A stretch of DNA of 64,000 bases from Raja brachyura (GCA_963514005.1 OY740786.1:18910001-18974000), one strand, 5' to 3'. Numbered from the stretch's first letter, positions 27,475-41,209 are shown. Numbers and translations are program-made. Notes: generated from the letters alone by a model not told the origin.

Positions 27475-27995
27475 ATAGAAACATAGAAAATAGTTGCAGT
27501 AGGCCATTTGGCCCTCGGAGCCAGCACCGCATTCAATGTGATCATGGCTGATCATCCAAAATCAGTACCCCATTCCGGCTTTTTCCCCATATCCCTTGAT
27601 TCTCTTAACCCCAAGAGCTAAATCTAACTCGCTCTTGAAAACATTCAGTGAATTGGCCTCCACTGCCTACTGTGGCAGAGAATTCCACAGATTCACAACT
27701 CTGAGTGAAAAGGTTTTTGTTCATCTCAGTCCTAAATGGCCTACCCCTTATTCTTAAACTGTGACCCCTGGTTCTGGACTCCCCCAACATCGGGAACATT
27801 TTTCCTGTCACATCTACCCTGTCACATCCTCTAAGAATTTTGTATGTTTCTGTAAGATCCCCTCTCATCCTTCCAAATTCCAGCGAATACACGCCCAGTC
27901 GACCCAATATTTCATCATGTCAGTCCCGCCATCCCGGGAATTAACCTGGTGAGCCTACGCTGCACGTCCTCAATAGCAATAATGTCCTTCCTCAG
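27475..27995 (-). mobile_element. CR1 LINE 3' fragment
   Basis: LGVYSLEFGRMRGDLTETYKI, SRTRGHSLRIRG; CATAGAAA tail. Confidence 0.85.
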
Positions 27996-28557
27996 GAGTG
28001 TAATTAGTTCCATGATCACCTTTCCTTCCTTAAGGGAAATCAGCAATAAATAACCGCTTTTGTTTGCAATTAGTTAATCAGCAGTCTGCAATACACCATC
28101 GCTTACCAATACTGCTGGAGCCTGTTCAAATCCTTAAATTGTAAAGGCTTAGGGGCTGCACTTACTTTAAGTCAATGTGCCAAGTGAACAAGTTAAAATG
28201 ATTTGACCATCGGGTGCTTGGTTCGACTTTTTGATACTTTTCATTTTTTGAGTCTTTTCTCGGGTGGAGTTAGGGCCTCTGGTCCACTGACTTTGGGAAG
28301 TATCATTTCAGTTCACAGCTGGTAAGGGTAGTAATACTATATTGGCCTGATGTTCCAGCTAATGGGGATTCAAAGCGGGCAAAAGCAGGAACTGGAAATA
28401 ATGCTTTATGTAAAAAAATTCCTAAGTCAAGGGAAGCTAAATTGTCATATGACAACATTGGCAACAGAACAATGAAATTCCTACTTACTGCAGATTATCA
28501 GGCCCATTAACGTAATAACACACTGATAAATATATAATAATCAATAATACAATAAAA

Positions 28558-28872
28558 TGGGTGCCACAGTGGCGCAGCGGTAGAGTTGCTGCCTTACAGC
28601 GCTTACAACACCAGAGACCCTGGTTCACTCTGGGCTATGGGTGCTTGTCTGTACGGTGTTTGTATGTTCTCCCTGTGACCTGCCTGGGTTTTCTCTGAGA
28701 ACTTTGGTTTCCTCCCACACTCAAAGACATACAGGTTCGCAGGTTAATTGGCTTGGTGTAAATGTAAAAATTGTGTGTGTAGGGTAGTGTTAATGTGCGG
28801 GTATCGCTGGTCAGTGCGGACTCGAAAGGCCTGTTTCCGCGCTGTATCTCTAACCTAAACTAAACTAAACTA
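28558..28872 (+). mobile_element. tRNA-derived SINE
   Basis: Family head, body and (TAAAC)n tail. Confidence 0.82.
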
Positions 28873-29949
28873 GACCTAACAGTAATATTAAGTAACCATA
28901 GTAGTACAAAACCATGACAGTACAAAAGGTTGTACTGGTGCAGTCTAAATCATGCTGCGGATGAACTTTAACTGACCCAGGGAGGGGTGTCACCAGCACT
29001 GCGAGATCCAGAAGGAAAGAATGGCTTGAATTGCCTGTGCATTGTTAGCAGCATCTCTCATGTGCCAAGGAGCTGGCCTAGATTTCCCAACAGCAAAGAT
29101 TCATTGTGCATGGATCCTCCCATGACCTCTGGTCTCTGGTTCAGCTTACTAGTATGCTTGCACTGGGTGACCTTAAAAGAGGAAGGCTGGCTTATTTCCC
29201 GGTCAACATTTATCCCTCACCAATCAGATTTGCCAAGAAATTCATCCCTAGACAATAGATTGCTACATAGAAGTAACAGTACATTGCACTTTATGTCTGA
29301 AATACCATTCATCAATCAGTTCCATTCATCAATAGAATACATTTCAGAGACAGAGTTCCATATGTCACACTGTGATATAGCTTATATGCTGCCACTGATC
29401 AGGCAGGAATTTTTAGACAATTTCTAGATTCAAGTACAAAATAAATTACAAAAAGTGGTGAATACAGCTCCCGTTCATAAAAATCCAGTGCGATTACCTC
29501 ACTGGTGACATGACTTCATCACAGGTACTGACGTCCCCGACATCGAAGGGATCTATAGGGGGCTCTGCCTCATTAAGGTAGCTGGATTTTTATCAATGAC
29601 CCACACCATCCAGGTCATGCTCTCATTTCACTCCTGCCATTGGAAGAAGGTATAGGAGTCTGAAAACCACAACCTTCAGGTTCAGGAACAGTTTCTTCCC
29701 AATAATCAGACTCTTGAACACTACAAATGCCAAGTAAACTGCAAATTGTCTGATTTACACTGGGGACTTTGAACGACTATATGCATTAATATATATATTT
29801 TAATTTAGAAAGATACAATGGCCATGATTGAATGGTGGAATAGACTTGATGGGCCAAATGGCCTAATTCTGCCCCTATATCTTATGAACATGAATCAGGG
29901 CTTTCAAAATGGAACTGAAGGAGAGTAATTTGAAGGAGAGTAATGTGCA

Positions 29950-30242
29950 GGTGGCACGATGGCACAGCAGTACAGTTGCTGCCTTACAGCGCCAGTGGTC
30001 CGGGTGCTGTAGGGAGTTTGTACATTCTCCGCGTGACCTATGTGGGTTTTCTCCAGAATCTCCGGTTTCCTCCCACACTCCAAAGACGTACAGGTTTGTA
30101 GGTTAATTGGCTAGGTATAAGTGTAAATTGTCCTTAGTGTGTGTAGGACTAGTGTCAATGTGCGGGAATCGCTGGTCGGTGCTGACTTGGTTGGCCGAAG
30201 GGCCTGTTTCCGCACTGTATCTCTAAACTAAACTAAACTAAA
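29950..30242 (+). mobile_element. tRNA-derived SINE
   Basis: Family body and (TAAAC)n tail. Confidence 0.8.
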
Positions 30243-31720
30243 GGGACTGTCTAGAATGAGCCGGGGAATGGTACTGATGAGATTACTCATCAAGGAGCTG
30301 GCATGGTCTTGATGGGCCGAACAGGTTGCTACCCATGCTGAAAGAACTTAGGCAGCCCACTGGTAAGCTAATCCCGACTCCACAAAACCCATTTCAACAG
30401 CGTAAATATGACTCAACTCTGCAGAAAGACGTTGCATATTCACCACACATTTGCTGTCCCTTTGCCAGTAGAGCTAATTCATGGATCATCTCACTGCATG
30501 AATAATTCTGGGCACTGCTCTGCTGCTGCCTACTGAACGCACAAGTTTACTTCCCGAGGTAGTGATTTCCTCGTCAGGAGGTCTGCCAAGGCCCAGTCTT
30601 TTAATCTGTGCAAGTCATGTCACCAGTGAGGTAATCGCACTGGATTTTTATGAACGGGAGCTGTGAGGCATCTTTGATGCAGGCAAAGCAAATGCCACTA
30701 AGGTCACCACCACTGAAATAGCTGGGATCCCCAAATCTGCTGTTATTGAACAATGTAGAAACCATGGAACCGTAGATGAAATTTCGCTTGGGAAGCTTAC
30801 AACACAGCAGTATGAACATCTCATTTTCTAATTTTAAGTAACTTCATCTCATACTCCCCTCCCCTCCCCCCTTACCCTCCCTAGTCTGTTGATCAGTTCT
30901 GCAGTTCACCACATTGTTTCTCTTGAGATTGCATCTTCCCCAGCCAACAATGGGCCTGCCCGGCAATGCCTCACCTGAGGTCATTTGTGGCTAGCCCCGA
31001 TTAGTCCTGGTCTTTTCTCGCCTCCAACTTTTCAAACACCCCACCCCATTCCCCACTTTTAGTATGAAGGGTCCCGACCCAAAACGTCACCCATCCGTTT
31101 TATCCCGAGATGCTGTATGACCAGCTGAGTTACTCCAGCACTTTGTGTCTATCTACAGCAAACAACCTATTGTACAGAAAATAAAAGTGCAGTAATATTC
31201 CTGAAAGAAAGTTGTAAACGATGGTCCTTTATACAATTTGCCTTGAAATCAGTCACAAGGACATCCAATAGTGTAAACTCCACACAGGCAGCACCCGAGG
31301 TCAGCATCAAAACCTGGTCTTTGGCTCTACCAGCTGCGCTACTGTGCTGCACCAAGGATTCAGGCTCTCTATCTGAGACTTCAACCATTCCTCTGCCACC
31401 ACAGATGCTGCCTGACCCGTTGAGTTCCTCCAGCAGTTTATTTGTCACTCTTATGAACGTCCCCTGCATCCCCAGAACCAGGGGCCACAGTCTTAGAATA
31501 AAGGGGAGGTCATTTAAGACTGAGGTGAGAAAAAACTTTTTCACCCAGAGGGTTGTAAATTTATGGAATTCCCTGTCACAGAGGGCATTAGAGGCCAAAT
31601 CACTGCATGGGTTTAAGAGAGAGTTAGATAGAGCTCTAGCGGCTAGTGGAGTCAAGGGATATGGGGAGAAGGCAGGCACGGGTTATTGATAGAGAACGAT
31701 CAGCCATGATCACAATGAAT

Positions 31721-32352
31721 TTGGAAAGGATTTGAGTATAGGAGTAGGGAGGTTCTACTTCAGTTGTATAGGGTCTTGGTGAGACCACACCTGGAGTATT
31801 GCATACAGTTCTGGTCTCCAAATCTGAGGAAGGACATTATTGCCATAGAGGGAATGCAGAGAAGGTTCACCAGTGATTCCTGGGATGTCAGGACTGTCTT
31901 ATGAAGAAAGACTGCATAGACTCGGTTTATACTCTCTAGAATTTAGGAGATTGAGAGGGGATCTTATAGAAACTTACAAAATTCTTAAGGGGTTGGACAG
32001 GCTAGATGCAGGAAGATTGTTCCCGATGTTGGGGAGGTCCAGGACAAGGGGTCACAGCTTAAGGATAAGGGGGAAATCCTTTAGGACCGTGATGAGAAGG
32101 ACTTTTTTCACACAGAGAGTGGTGGGTCTCTGGAACTCTCTGCCACAGAGGGTAGTTGAGGCCAGTTCATTGGCTATATTTAAGAGGGAGTTAGATGTGG
32201 CCCTTGTGGCTAAGGGGATAAGAGGGTATGGAGACAAGGCAGGTATGGGATACTGAGTTGGATGATCAGCCATGATCATATTGAATGGCGGTGCAGGCTC
32301 GAAGGGCCGAATGGCCTACTCCTGCACCTAATTTCTATGTTTCTATGTTTGT
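31721..32352 (+). mobile_element. Young CR1 fragment nested in the 3' UTR of another CR1 (31470-32420)
   Basis: Nearly identical to about 7155-7780; 7-bp TSD AATGAAT at 31714-31720 and 32353-32359. Confidence 0.88.
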
Positions 32353-33774
32353 AATGAATGGTGGTGCTGGTTCGAAGGGCCGAATGGCCTCCTCCTGCAC
32401 CTATTTTCTATGTTTCTATGTAATGGTTTTGGTTTTGTTTGAATTTTTTTTTTAATCATCTGGACATTTGTTACAGATGTATTAACATCTTATAATAGGG
32501 GCTAGGATTAGAGTCTTGGATGTGTTCCCATGAGTGTAAGATACTGCTCCAATTTTCCATAAAAGCGGGAAACTGGAAAATAGCCAGTCCACGTTGATTA
32601 GTCCTCTGCTCCTCCTATATAATAGCAAACTTGTCAAAGGCACTTGCTTACATTGTTAGAAAGGTTTCGAGATTTGATTTTGGTTCAAGAGCATTGTTTT
32701 GAAGAATAATACATTTTCATTTCTTAAGCTTGGTCCCATTTAAAAAAAATCCACCACAAAGGATATATTATTAGGAATAACTTTCCGATGAAGGGTTGCT
32801 CTCAAAAGATCAACCTGATCTGTGTGCTCCATTCATGGGTGCAAACTAATCAGCTGTTTATCAACATTGGCAGCACTTTCATGTATTTACTTAGCAGCGA
32901 TATTAACATTGAAAATATAAAGGAGAGACCAGCAGAGGAGCTACTGTATTTAACACTGAAACACAGAGAATGGAAACACGCAGCAGGTCAGGCAGCATCC
33001 ACGGAGAGAGAAACAGGGTTAACGTTTCAGGCCCAAGATTATTTGCCAAAAAGAGAGGGAAAAAAAACTAAAAGCTGACTCTTTTCTCGGTTTCCTAATT
33101 CTGACACAGATTTGAACCATTGATTTTTGATTTGAACCATTAACTCTGCTTCGCTTTGATGCTGTCTGACCTGCTGAGAGCTTCCAGCTTTTTTTGTTTG
33201 TTTTAGATAACCAGGATTTGCTGATTTTTGATCTTCTATTGAACAACAGAGTGCATCACCAAACAAACAGTATTCTGAATAATACTGTAATTTAACAAGG
33301 AAAGGGTCCCAAAGCTCTTCACAGGAGCCATTGTCACACAAGCGAGGCAGGAACTGAAAATAAACGTGTCACATTTTCACAACATTGCGCCTAGGCCGTT
33401 GATGGAATAATGGAATCAGAAACTGTCTTTGTCCTGTTATATTACTTAGACCCAACAAAGTAGACCAGGTGCAATATATTTCCAAGTCAGGACAGTGTTT
33501 GCTGCAGCGGCAAACCTGTAGGTGCCGATGATTCCATGTATCTACCACCTCACCTCAATGTATCCAGTTGTTCTACTATTAATGGAATCATTTGGGACAG
33601 TAAGTGCTGGAATAAGCACTGAAAAAAGGTCCCGACCTGAAACATTACCTATCCATGTTCTCCAGAGATACTGCCTGACCTGCTGAGCGAATCCAGCATC
33701 TGCAGCACTAGCATCTTTCATTTTCAAACCCGCAATCTTAGCTATTTTCTAAACCAATGTATGGGAACCATGTA

Positions 33775-34170
33775 ACATAGAAACATAGAAAATAGGCGCA
33801 GGAGTAGGCCATTCGGCCCTTCGAGCCTGCACCGCCATTCAATATGATCATGGCTGATCATCCAACTCAGTATCCTGTACCTGCCTTCTCTCCATACCCC
33901 CTGATCCCTTTAGCCACAAGGGCCACATCTAACTCCCTCTTAAATATAGCCAATGAACTGGCCTCAACTACCTTCTGTGGCAGAGAATTCCAGAGACTCA
34001 CCACTCTCTGTGTGAAAAATGTTTTCCTCATCTCGGTCCTAAAGGAATTCCCCCTTATCCTTAGACTGTGACCCCTTGTTCTGGACCTCCCCAACATCGG
34101 GAACAATCTTCCTGCATCTAGCCTGTCCAACCCCTTAAGAATTTTGTAAGTTTCTATAAGATCCCCCCCC
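33775..34170 (-). mobile_element. CR1 LINE 3' end
   Basis: Same subfamily as the 6982 copy; CATAGAAA tail. Confidence 0.88.
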
Positions 34171-34614
34171 CCCACCATGTACTCTCATAAATTGTAACAG
34201 TTCATTGTAATAAAATAACATCAAGGTACAATGTGGTGTGCTACATTAGGATTATCAACATAATTGACTACAGATGATGTCATAAACTTGAACAAAATGC
34301 AGAATGATTTATTCAGCCATGTAGATCCTGGGGTTAGGTTGTACCTTTTAACATCCCTACATCAGTCTTTATTAGGGCAATTATGTCATTAGTTGCACAA
34401 CATCGACTGCCACCAGCTGGATAATAGAGGTGCCTGGTTCCAAGAGGGATGCACCAATAATAATTACAAAATCATGGTTAAAACATTTAGACCTTTATAA
34501 AATAGAATCCCAAGAAGATCTGTAAATATGTTCCTTATGTCAGAGTCTTAACTGGATAGCAGCACTGGATGCCCGCTGTGTCTGCACCAAACTCAAAGCA
34601 TCCAGTTGCACTAA

Positions 34615-34819
34615 AGGGCCTGTCCCACTTGGGCGTCATTTGCACGTCATTTACGTGACATCTTTTTTTTGCGTTGTGACGCGCACGTGATGCGCGCATG
34701 ACGCGTGGTGGCATAGGCAGTGAAGCATGGTCGCAAGCGGCGTCCCAGGATTTTGGGATTCACAAAATCTTGGGGTGCCACCTGCGTGACGTGCAAATGA
34801 CGCCCGTGGGACAGGCCCT
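34615..34819. mobile_element. Harbinger/PIF-type MITE (third internal type)
   Basis: AGGGCCTGTCCCAC...GTGGGACAGGCCCT TIRs; TAA TSD. Confidence 0.85.
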
Positions 34820-36408
34820 TAATTGCACATTAACACCACATTATTCTTCCCACATTCCCATTAACCTAGGACAATAGACCTTCATGGTCAGATCAAGATA
34901 CCAGCACTTTGAACAACTGGGTCTTGAAAATGGCACCAAACTGGCGCAGTGGATGAGCAGAAAGGAACTGCCGATGCTGATTTAAACCGAAGATAGACAC
35001 AAAGAGCTGGAGTAACTCAGCGGGTCAGACAGTATCGCTGGAGAAAAGGTACTCCAAGTACTCTTGTTTCCTCCCGCTTCCCAAAGACGTGCGGGCATGT
35101 GGTTAATTGGCCTGTGTTAATTGCCTACAGGGCCTTTACTGGATATGAAAATGGAATAACATAGAACTAATGTGAACGGATGATTGATGGTCGGTATGGA
35201 CTCAGTGGGCAGAGGGCGTGTGTATGTGCGTGCGAGCATGTGTGTGTGTGTTTCTTTATTTCTTTCTTATTAGCAGGTGATTATTTGCCCGCGTATCAAA
35301 TTTTGTGCAATTATTTACCTATTCAGTGTCTTTGCATAAATTACTGATATTAATGCTCAAATCTAATGTGTGTAATCAATTTAGGTTTTCTGCTCATTTT
35401 ATTGACATTCAGGTTTTCCTGTTTTATAAACTCACAGTAGCACATGCCTTACTGTGCCTTAAAGTTGATGCTCAGCCTGGTGAGATTACAGCATAAAGAT
35501 CATTTTTTCAGTCGATGTTCAGATGTCTTATCCAGAATCACCATCACAGTTGAATTGAACAAACATGCTCAGTATGACTGACAACAGTAATAATACTGAT
35601 ATACTCCATGCTGGTGTCAATACTTTTGCTGGAACAACTTGGCTCTCTTTTTTGCTGAGATACTCTCAATGGTGTCAAAGGGTTTTGATCGCATTATCTG
35701 CACATGTAACAGGCTTCGGTCTGCAAAACTGCCCTGAAATCAGCTGGAGGTTGGTTCAGACCCACTTTGTAAAGAAGAAAGTAAAGGACTTATCAGAAGG
35801 AATTATCAGAATTTAAAAAAAGGTTCGTTTAGGAAGGAGATGAGGAGGAATTTCTTTAGTCAGAGGGTGGAGAATCTGTGGAATTCTTCGCAACAGAAGG
35901 CAGTGGAGGCTATATCAGTGGATATATTGAATTGAATTGAATTGAATTGAATGCCTTTATTGTCATTCAGACCTTTCGGTCTGAACGAAATTTCGTGCCT
36001 GCAGTCATACATATATAAAAATAACAATACCATACAATAAACACAAAATTAACATCCACCACAGTGAGTTCACCAAACACCTCCTCACTGCGGTGGAAGG
36101 CAAAAGTCTTAGAGTCTCCGCCAAATTTAAGGCAGAGATAGATAGATTCTTGATTAGTATGGGTGTCAGAGGTTATGGGGTGAAGGCAGGAGAATGGGGT
36201 TAGGCGGGAGAGATAGATTAGCCACGATTGAATGGTGGAGTAGACTTGTTGGGCCGAATGGCCTAATTTTATTCCTATCACATGATCTTATGAAACAGCT
36301 GCAGGAACACACAAAAAGGCCTGCCCGAGCTCAGCACCTTTCCACCCCACTGCAGCTCCCAGTGTGTGCCTTTGATTTGGAAGTCATGCACGTTTGCGTA
36401 ATACTCAC

Positions 36409-36591
36409 TGTTTCTATCATCAAGTCACCCACTTTCTGCTTCTCGTGCCAGTTCTGGACACACTGGTGAGCCTGTTCCAGGAACTTCTCGTGATGCTCCA
36501 AGATTTCCGGAATTTGGAAAAACATATCATCCACAAGGGCCAGGTCACAGATAGATGAATTCTCTGGTTGCTTCAGAGGTCTCATGTATCC
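36409..36591 (-). CDS. ARHGEF17: ARHGEF17 DH-domain exon, GYMRPLKQPENSS...KQKVGDLMIET
   Basis: 183 nt, cAG acceptor and GTgagt donor; continues the previous exon in frame; matches recalled ARHGEF17 GYMQPLKQPENS...QIPELLEHHEQFLEQ. Confidence 0.93.
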
Positions 36592-36648
36592 CTGCCGGAA
36601 AGAAATGTTAACACCAGTCAACAATGAGTATCAGAAAGCATGATCAAT

Positions 36649-36971
36649 GGTATAGGAAGGAACTGCAGATGCTGGTTTAAACCGAAAATAGACACAAAAT
36701 GCTGGAGTAACTCAGCGGGCCAGGCAGCATCTCTGGAGAGAAGGAATGGGTGACATTTTGGGTCGAGATCCTTCTTCAGACTGATGTCAGGGGAGAGGGA
36801 GATACATAGATAAATAAGGATGTGTGAAACCAGGACGAGGGGGTCCTGACACAGTCCTGGTTTCACACCTTACACTTCCTTATCTATCTCCCTCTCCCCT
36901 GACATCAGTCTGAAGAAGGGTCTCGACCTGATGCTGCTTGTTCCACTGAGTTACTCCAGTATTTTGTGTGT
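36649..36971. mobile_element. Fold-back Penelope-derived element with a perfect 13-bp TSD
   Basis: Two inverted copies of the Penelope terminal sequence; AAGCATGATCAAT at 36636-36648 and 36972-36984. Confidence 0.85.
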
Positions 36972-37527
36972 AAGCATGATCAATACATCCCTTATCATAA
37001 TCCACTGGAATTCCTTGGAATCAGATTCTGATTCTATCATTTACAAAATCAATACAATTCCTAAACCCATGACAAGTGTGTGAGCGCATCGGATTCTAAA
37101 TCTCAATCCAAATTTTGATCCTCAGATGCCATCAAGTGATTTCACGACAAACACTGTATCCTAAATAGACTGAAACCATGACAAAAAAAATAACAAGTGG
37201 TTTACTCTGGGAAGCTTGGAAAGTAAGAGTGAAGTTGAGTTTACTGTCATATGCACTAGCATGATGAAGTGCAGGTAAAATGAAAATCGGCTACGGGTGC
37301 CAAGATCGCCCCACCAACGGAAGGCTTGAGGCCCCCGACTGCGGGAGAAAGAAGGGAAGAGATTGAACTTTTTTTTTGCCTTCCATCACAGTGAGGAATG
37401 TGGAGGAGTCACTGTGGTGGATGTTCATGTTAAAATGTATTTTGTGAGTTTTGTTGCTTTTTAATGGTATGACTGTATGGCAAATCAAATTCCTCGTATG
37501 TTGCAAAACATACTTGGCTAATAAAGT

Positions 37528-37560
<33 letters not shown>
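37528..37560. repeat. (ATG)n microsatellite, tail of a retroposon after AATAAA
   Basis: Visible directly. Confidence 0.9.
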
Positions 37561-38414
37561 TTCTGATATCTAGAATTTTGCACCAAGAATACGTTCCATA
37601 TACAGAACAAGTTTGAGTACATGGAATACAGCATGTTACACAGTGTACAGATTGCAGTACAACTGCAATTAAGTGCCCCCAACTTGAGTTCACTGAATGG
37701 AAGTACCTGCGAGGGAACTCCCATTGTACCGTAAAGGGTAATCATTTTTATTTAAACTGTGGATTTAACATGGAAAGATGTCCCAGGGTCTTCACAGCCA
37801 CATTATCAAAAAATATTTGTCACTGATGGGATATTAGGATCAATTACGAATAGCTTAATCTAAAAGACAGGTGTAAACGACCACCTAAACAAAGGAAAGA
37901 AAGGTCTAGGAAGGAACGGCAAAATTATGTGATTGAGTGTGGTGGTGACAACCACTGTGGTGAAATGAATATAAGAGGTCAGTGTGGACAATTCAGTGAG
38001 CTGCACAGCTGGAGCAGACTTGAGGCAACGAAGTGGGTGAGGCCAAGAAGGGATTTGCAAACAATTTTGCAAAATTGTTAATGCTGACACTGCTAGACAG
38101 GCGGCAAAGTTGATGAACGAGAACAGTTGAAAGGCCGAGCAGGAAAATGGAGAAAATTAGGGCATTGGCATCAGAAAGTTAAACAAGGTCATGTAAGTTT
38201 GTGTGGTGAGAGGGATGGAATAATGAGCCACAGTGTAGATGCTGTACCTGCAGTAAATTGCACTGGATTAAGAGGTTAGATAATTTATATTGTATGGCAT
38301 TATATATGTAAAATTAATATATTGTAGAAAGTCTTCCAAAATGCATGTATAAAGTAAAACATATGTATGGTACGGGATATAATGCAGATATACCATACTA
38401 TGCAGACAAACTAT

Positions 38415-38860
38415 ATAATAGGCCACATTTAGAGTATTGTGTTCAGTTCTGGACACCATGTTATAGGAAATATGTTGTCAAGCTGGAAAGGGTCCAGAGA
38501 AGATTTACGTGGTTGTTGATTGGACAAGAGGGTCTGAGCCATAGAGAGAGGTTGAGCAGGCTGGGACTATTCTTTGGAGCACAGGAGAATGAGGGGAGAT
38601 CGTATAGAGGTGTATAAAGTCATGAGAAAAATATACTGGGTAGATGCACAGAGTCTCTTGCCCAAACTCGATACATTCAGGACCAGAAGACCTTAAGGTT
38701 TAAGGTGAAGGGGTAAAGATTTAATAGGAATCTGAGGGGTAACTTTTTCACACAAAGGGTTATGGGTGTACGGAACAAGCTGCCAGATGTGGTAATTGAG
38801 GCAGGGACTATCCCAACATTTAAAAAACAGTTAGACAGGTACATTGACAGGACAGATATA
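38415..38860 (+). mobile_element. CR1 LINE fragment
   Basis: RPHLEYCVQFWTPCYRKYVVKLERVQRRFT. Confidence 0.82.
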
Positions 38861-39624
38861 TATAACCACTGGTGTGGTTGACTTTTATCTGCTTACCCCA
38901 AGATAGGGCAATTGGAGCCAACCGTTAAAGCCAACAGCTAGTGATGTCCTAATCCTGTGAGTTTATAAGACAAATTAAGAGCCTGATTCAAATCTATGAA
39001 CCTCTCACGTGGTGGTTTTGGATACAAATACCATTCTGATACAGATGGTGGGGATCAGTCATTTCTCCAAATGGTGTGAGGAAAAATCAATTTGCAGGTT
39101 AACAAAGGCTGTTCTTATGCACCTTCCCATGGTCAATTCACCAGAGCCAACTGGAAGAACTAGGCAGGTAATAGCTCTTGATTTTGGTTGATGATGTTGC
39201 TTCTCAACCATTTGGAAAGACAGCTCTGTTCCTCTTTGGCACAATCAATTAAACAGAAGCAATGCATTATCCTAGCCCTATCTTGTTCTTTCCTGTAACT
39301 CCACTTGCTACTGCAATCCATGCCACCACTTGGATAATTATAGCTTTGTTACATTAATAAGTCAAGGGATTTAATTAAGATATCTTTATCTGACTTTAAT
39401 GCAATAATTACTTCTTTGACTGATTTGAACATGTATCCTCCAAGTCCATTACAGTTTGACATCTTTCTCGGCCTGATATGTGCTGTGCTGCAATGGATCA
39501 ATCCATTTGCTGTGAAACCTACTAGATATGCCTTATTCTTTTCTATTTCACCTCAGTCTAGGAAGTATTGCTTTCTCCATGTAACATTTTATGTGCTTTT
39601 GGATTAAAGACATCAATCATCCTT

Positions 39625-40610
39625 TGGTTAGACACAAAATGCTGGAGTAACTCAGCGGGACAGGCAGCATCTCTGGAGAGAAGGAATGGGTGACTTTTCG
39701 GGTCAAGTCAAGTTTATTCGTCACATATGAAGGGTCGAGACCCTTCTTCAGACTGATGTCAGGGGAGTGGGCGGGACAGAGATAAATGTAGTTGGAGACT
39801 GGTGGGAGGGGATTTAGAGAGAGGGAAAGCAATGGATATTTCAAGTGAGATAAGTCAATGTCCATACTGCTGGCGTGTAAGCTACCTAAGCGAAATACGA
39901 GGTGCTGTTCCTCCAATTTGCACTAGGTCTCACTCTGACAATGGAGGAGGCCCTGGACAGAAAGGTCAGATTGGGAATGGGAGGGGGAGTTAAAGTGCTG
40001 AGCAACCAGGAGATCAGGTAGGTTAAGGCGGACTGAGCGGAGGTGTTCAGCAAAACAATCGCCGAGCCTGTGCTTGGTCTCGCCGATGTACAGAAGTTGA
40101 CACCTGGAACAGCAGATACAGTAGATGAGGTTGGAGGAGGTGCAAGTGAACCCCTGACTCACCTGAAAAGACTGTTGGGGTTCTTGAATGGGGTCAAGGA
40201 GGGAGGTAATGGGACAGGTGTTGCATCTCCTGCGGTTGCAGAAGAAAGCACCTAGGGAGGGGATAGTTTGGGTGGGAAGGGACGAGCTGACCAGGGATGG
40301 AGATGGGAAGATGTGGCCAGGAGTGGGATCTCGTTGGAGGTGGCATAGTGTTGGAGGATTATATGCTGTATCCAATGACTGATGAGGTGGAAGGTGAGGA
40401 CAATGGGACTCTGTCCTTGTTGCGAATGGGGGTAGGAGGGCCAAGAGCAGAGCTGTGGAATATCAAGGAGACCCTAGTGAGAGCCTTGTCTATAATGGAA
40501 GAGGGGAACTCCCATTTCCTGAGGAATGAGGACATCTCCGATGATCTAGTATGGAAAGCCTCATCCCGGGCACAGATGTGGCATAGACAGAGGAATTGGG
40601 AGTAGTATTG
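39625..40610 (-). mobile_element. Penelope-like element 3' fragment (GIY-YIG endonuclease region and terminal repeat)
   Basis: ORF 39923-40444 has CNRRRCNTC, FTCTSSNLIYCICC and LYIGETKHRLGDCFAEH; followed by the CTGAAGAAGGGTCTCGACCC terminal motif. Confidence 0.88.
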
Positions 40611-40719
40611 GGTAGGTTATGGAAAAGCAGTAGGGGAAGTAGTTTGCAGATGGAAGTGAAATAATGACAGGGTGAGTTGATTAGAGCAGATACAATATAA
40701 GGAAGATCAGGGGGACCCT

Positions 40720-41189
40720 TGTTATACAAGGATTTTGCCCGAGCAGTCTGTGACCTAGACGCCACATCTGTAGCGCTGTGTATTGCTTTACGCGCCAGTC
40801 TGCGATTGATCCCAAAGACGAGGTGGCCTTGCTCGGATGCAGTCCCCTGCCATTGGTTATAGTTTGAATATGGGGGCAGCGCTATTGGCCACGACTTACC
40901 GGCGGTTATTTCAACAGCTGATTTCTTACCTGTGTAAAGGCAGGCTCCAGTAAGCCATAAGTTAGTTCATATACGAGAGGGGTTCACCGATGGGCTGAGT
41001 CACGATCAGCACCGCGGATGGAGGCAGAGAGATAGGGAGGTATGCTGCTGTAAAATGGACTCCGTGCATACCAAGACAAGTATTGTTTTTGTTCTCTCTC
41101 TTGCCAATAAAACTGATTTGTAACTAAACAAACGAGTGAGCTTTTTTCTGTTCTACTAGTCAGATCCTTGAACCTGTTCCCTTGCAACA
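40720..41189 (+). repeat. 5' LTR (470 bp)
   Basis: TG...CA ends; two ATTGG (reverse CCAAT) boxes; AATAAA at 41106-41111; homologous to 42209-42798. Confidence 0.9.
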
Positions 41190-41191
41190 AT

Positions 41192-41209
41192 TGGCGTAGT
41201 CGGCAGGAT
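41192..41209 (+). promoter_or_regulatory. Primer binding site complementary to the tRNA-Ser 3' end
   Basis: TGGCGTAGTCGGCAGGAT, 2 nt after the LTR CA, is the reverse complement of the vertebrate tRNA-Ser 3' end ATCCTGCCGACTACG-CCA (18 nt, from recall). Confidence 0.92.

Noticed and set aside
41192-41209. tRNA-Ser-like sequence as a tRNA gene
   Set aside because: Only the 18-nt complement of the 3' end including CCA, positioned as a PBS.
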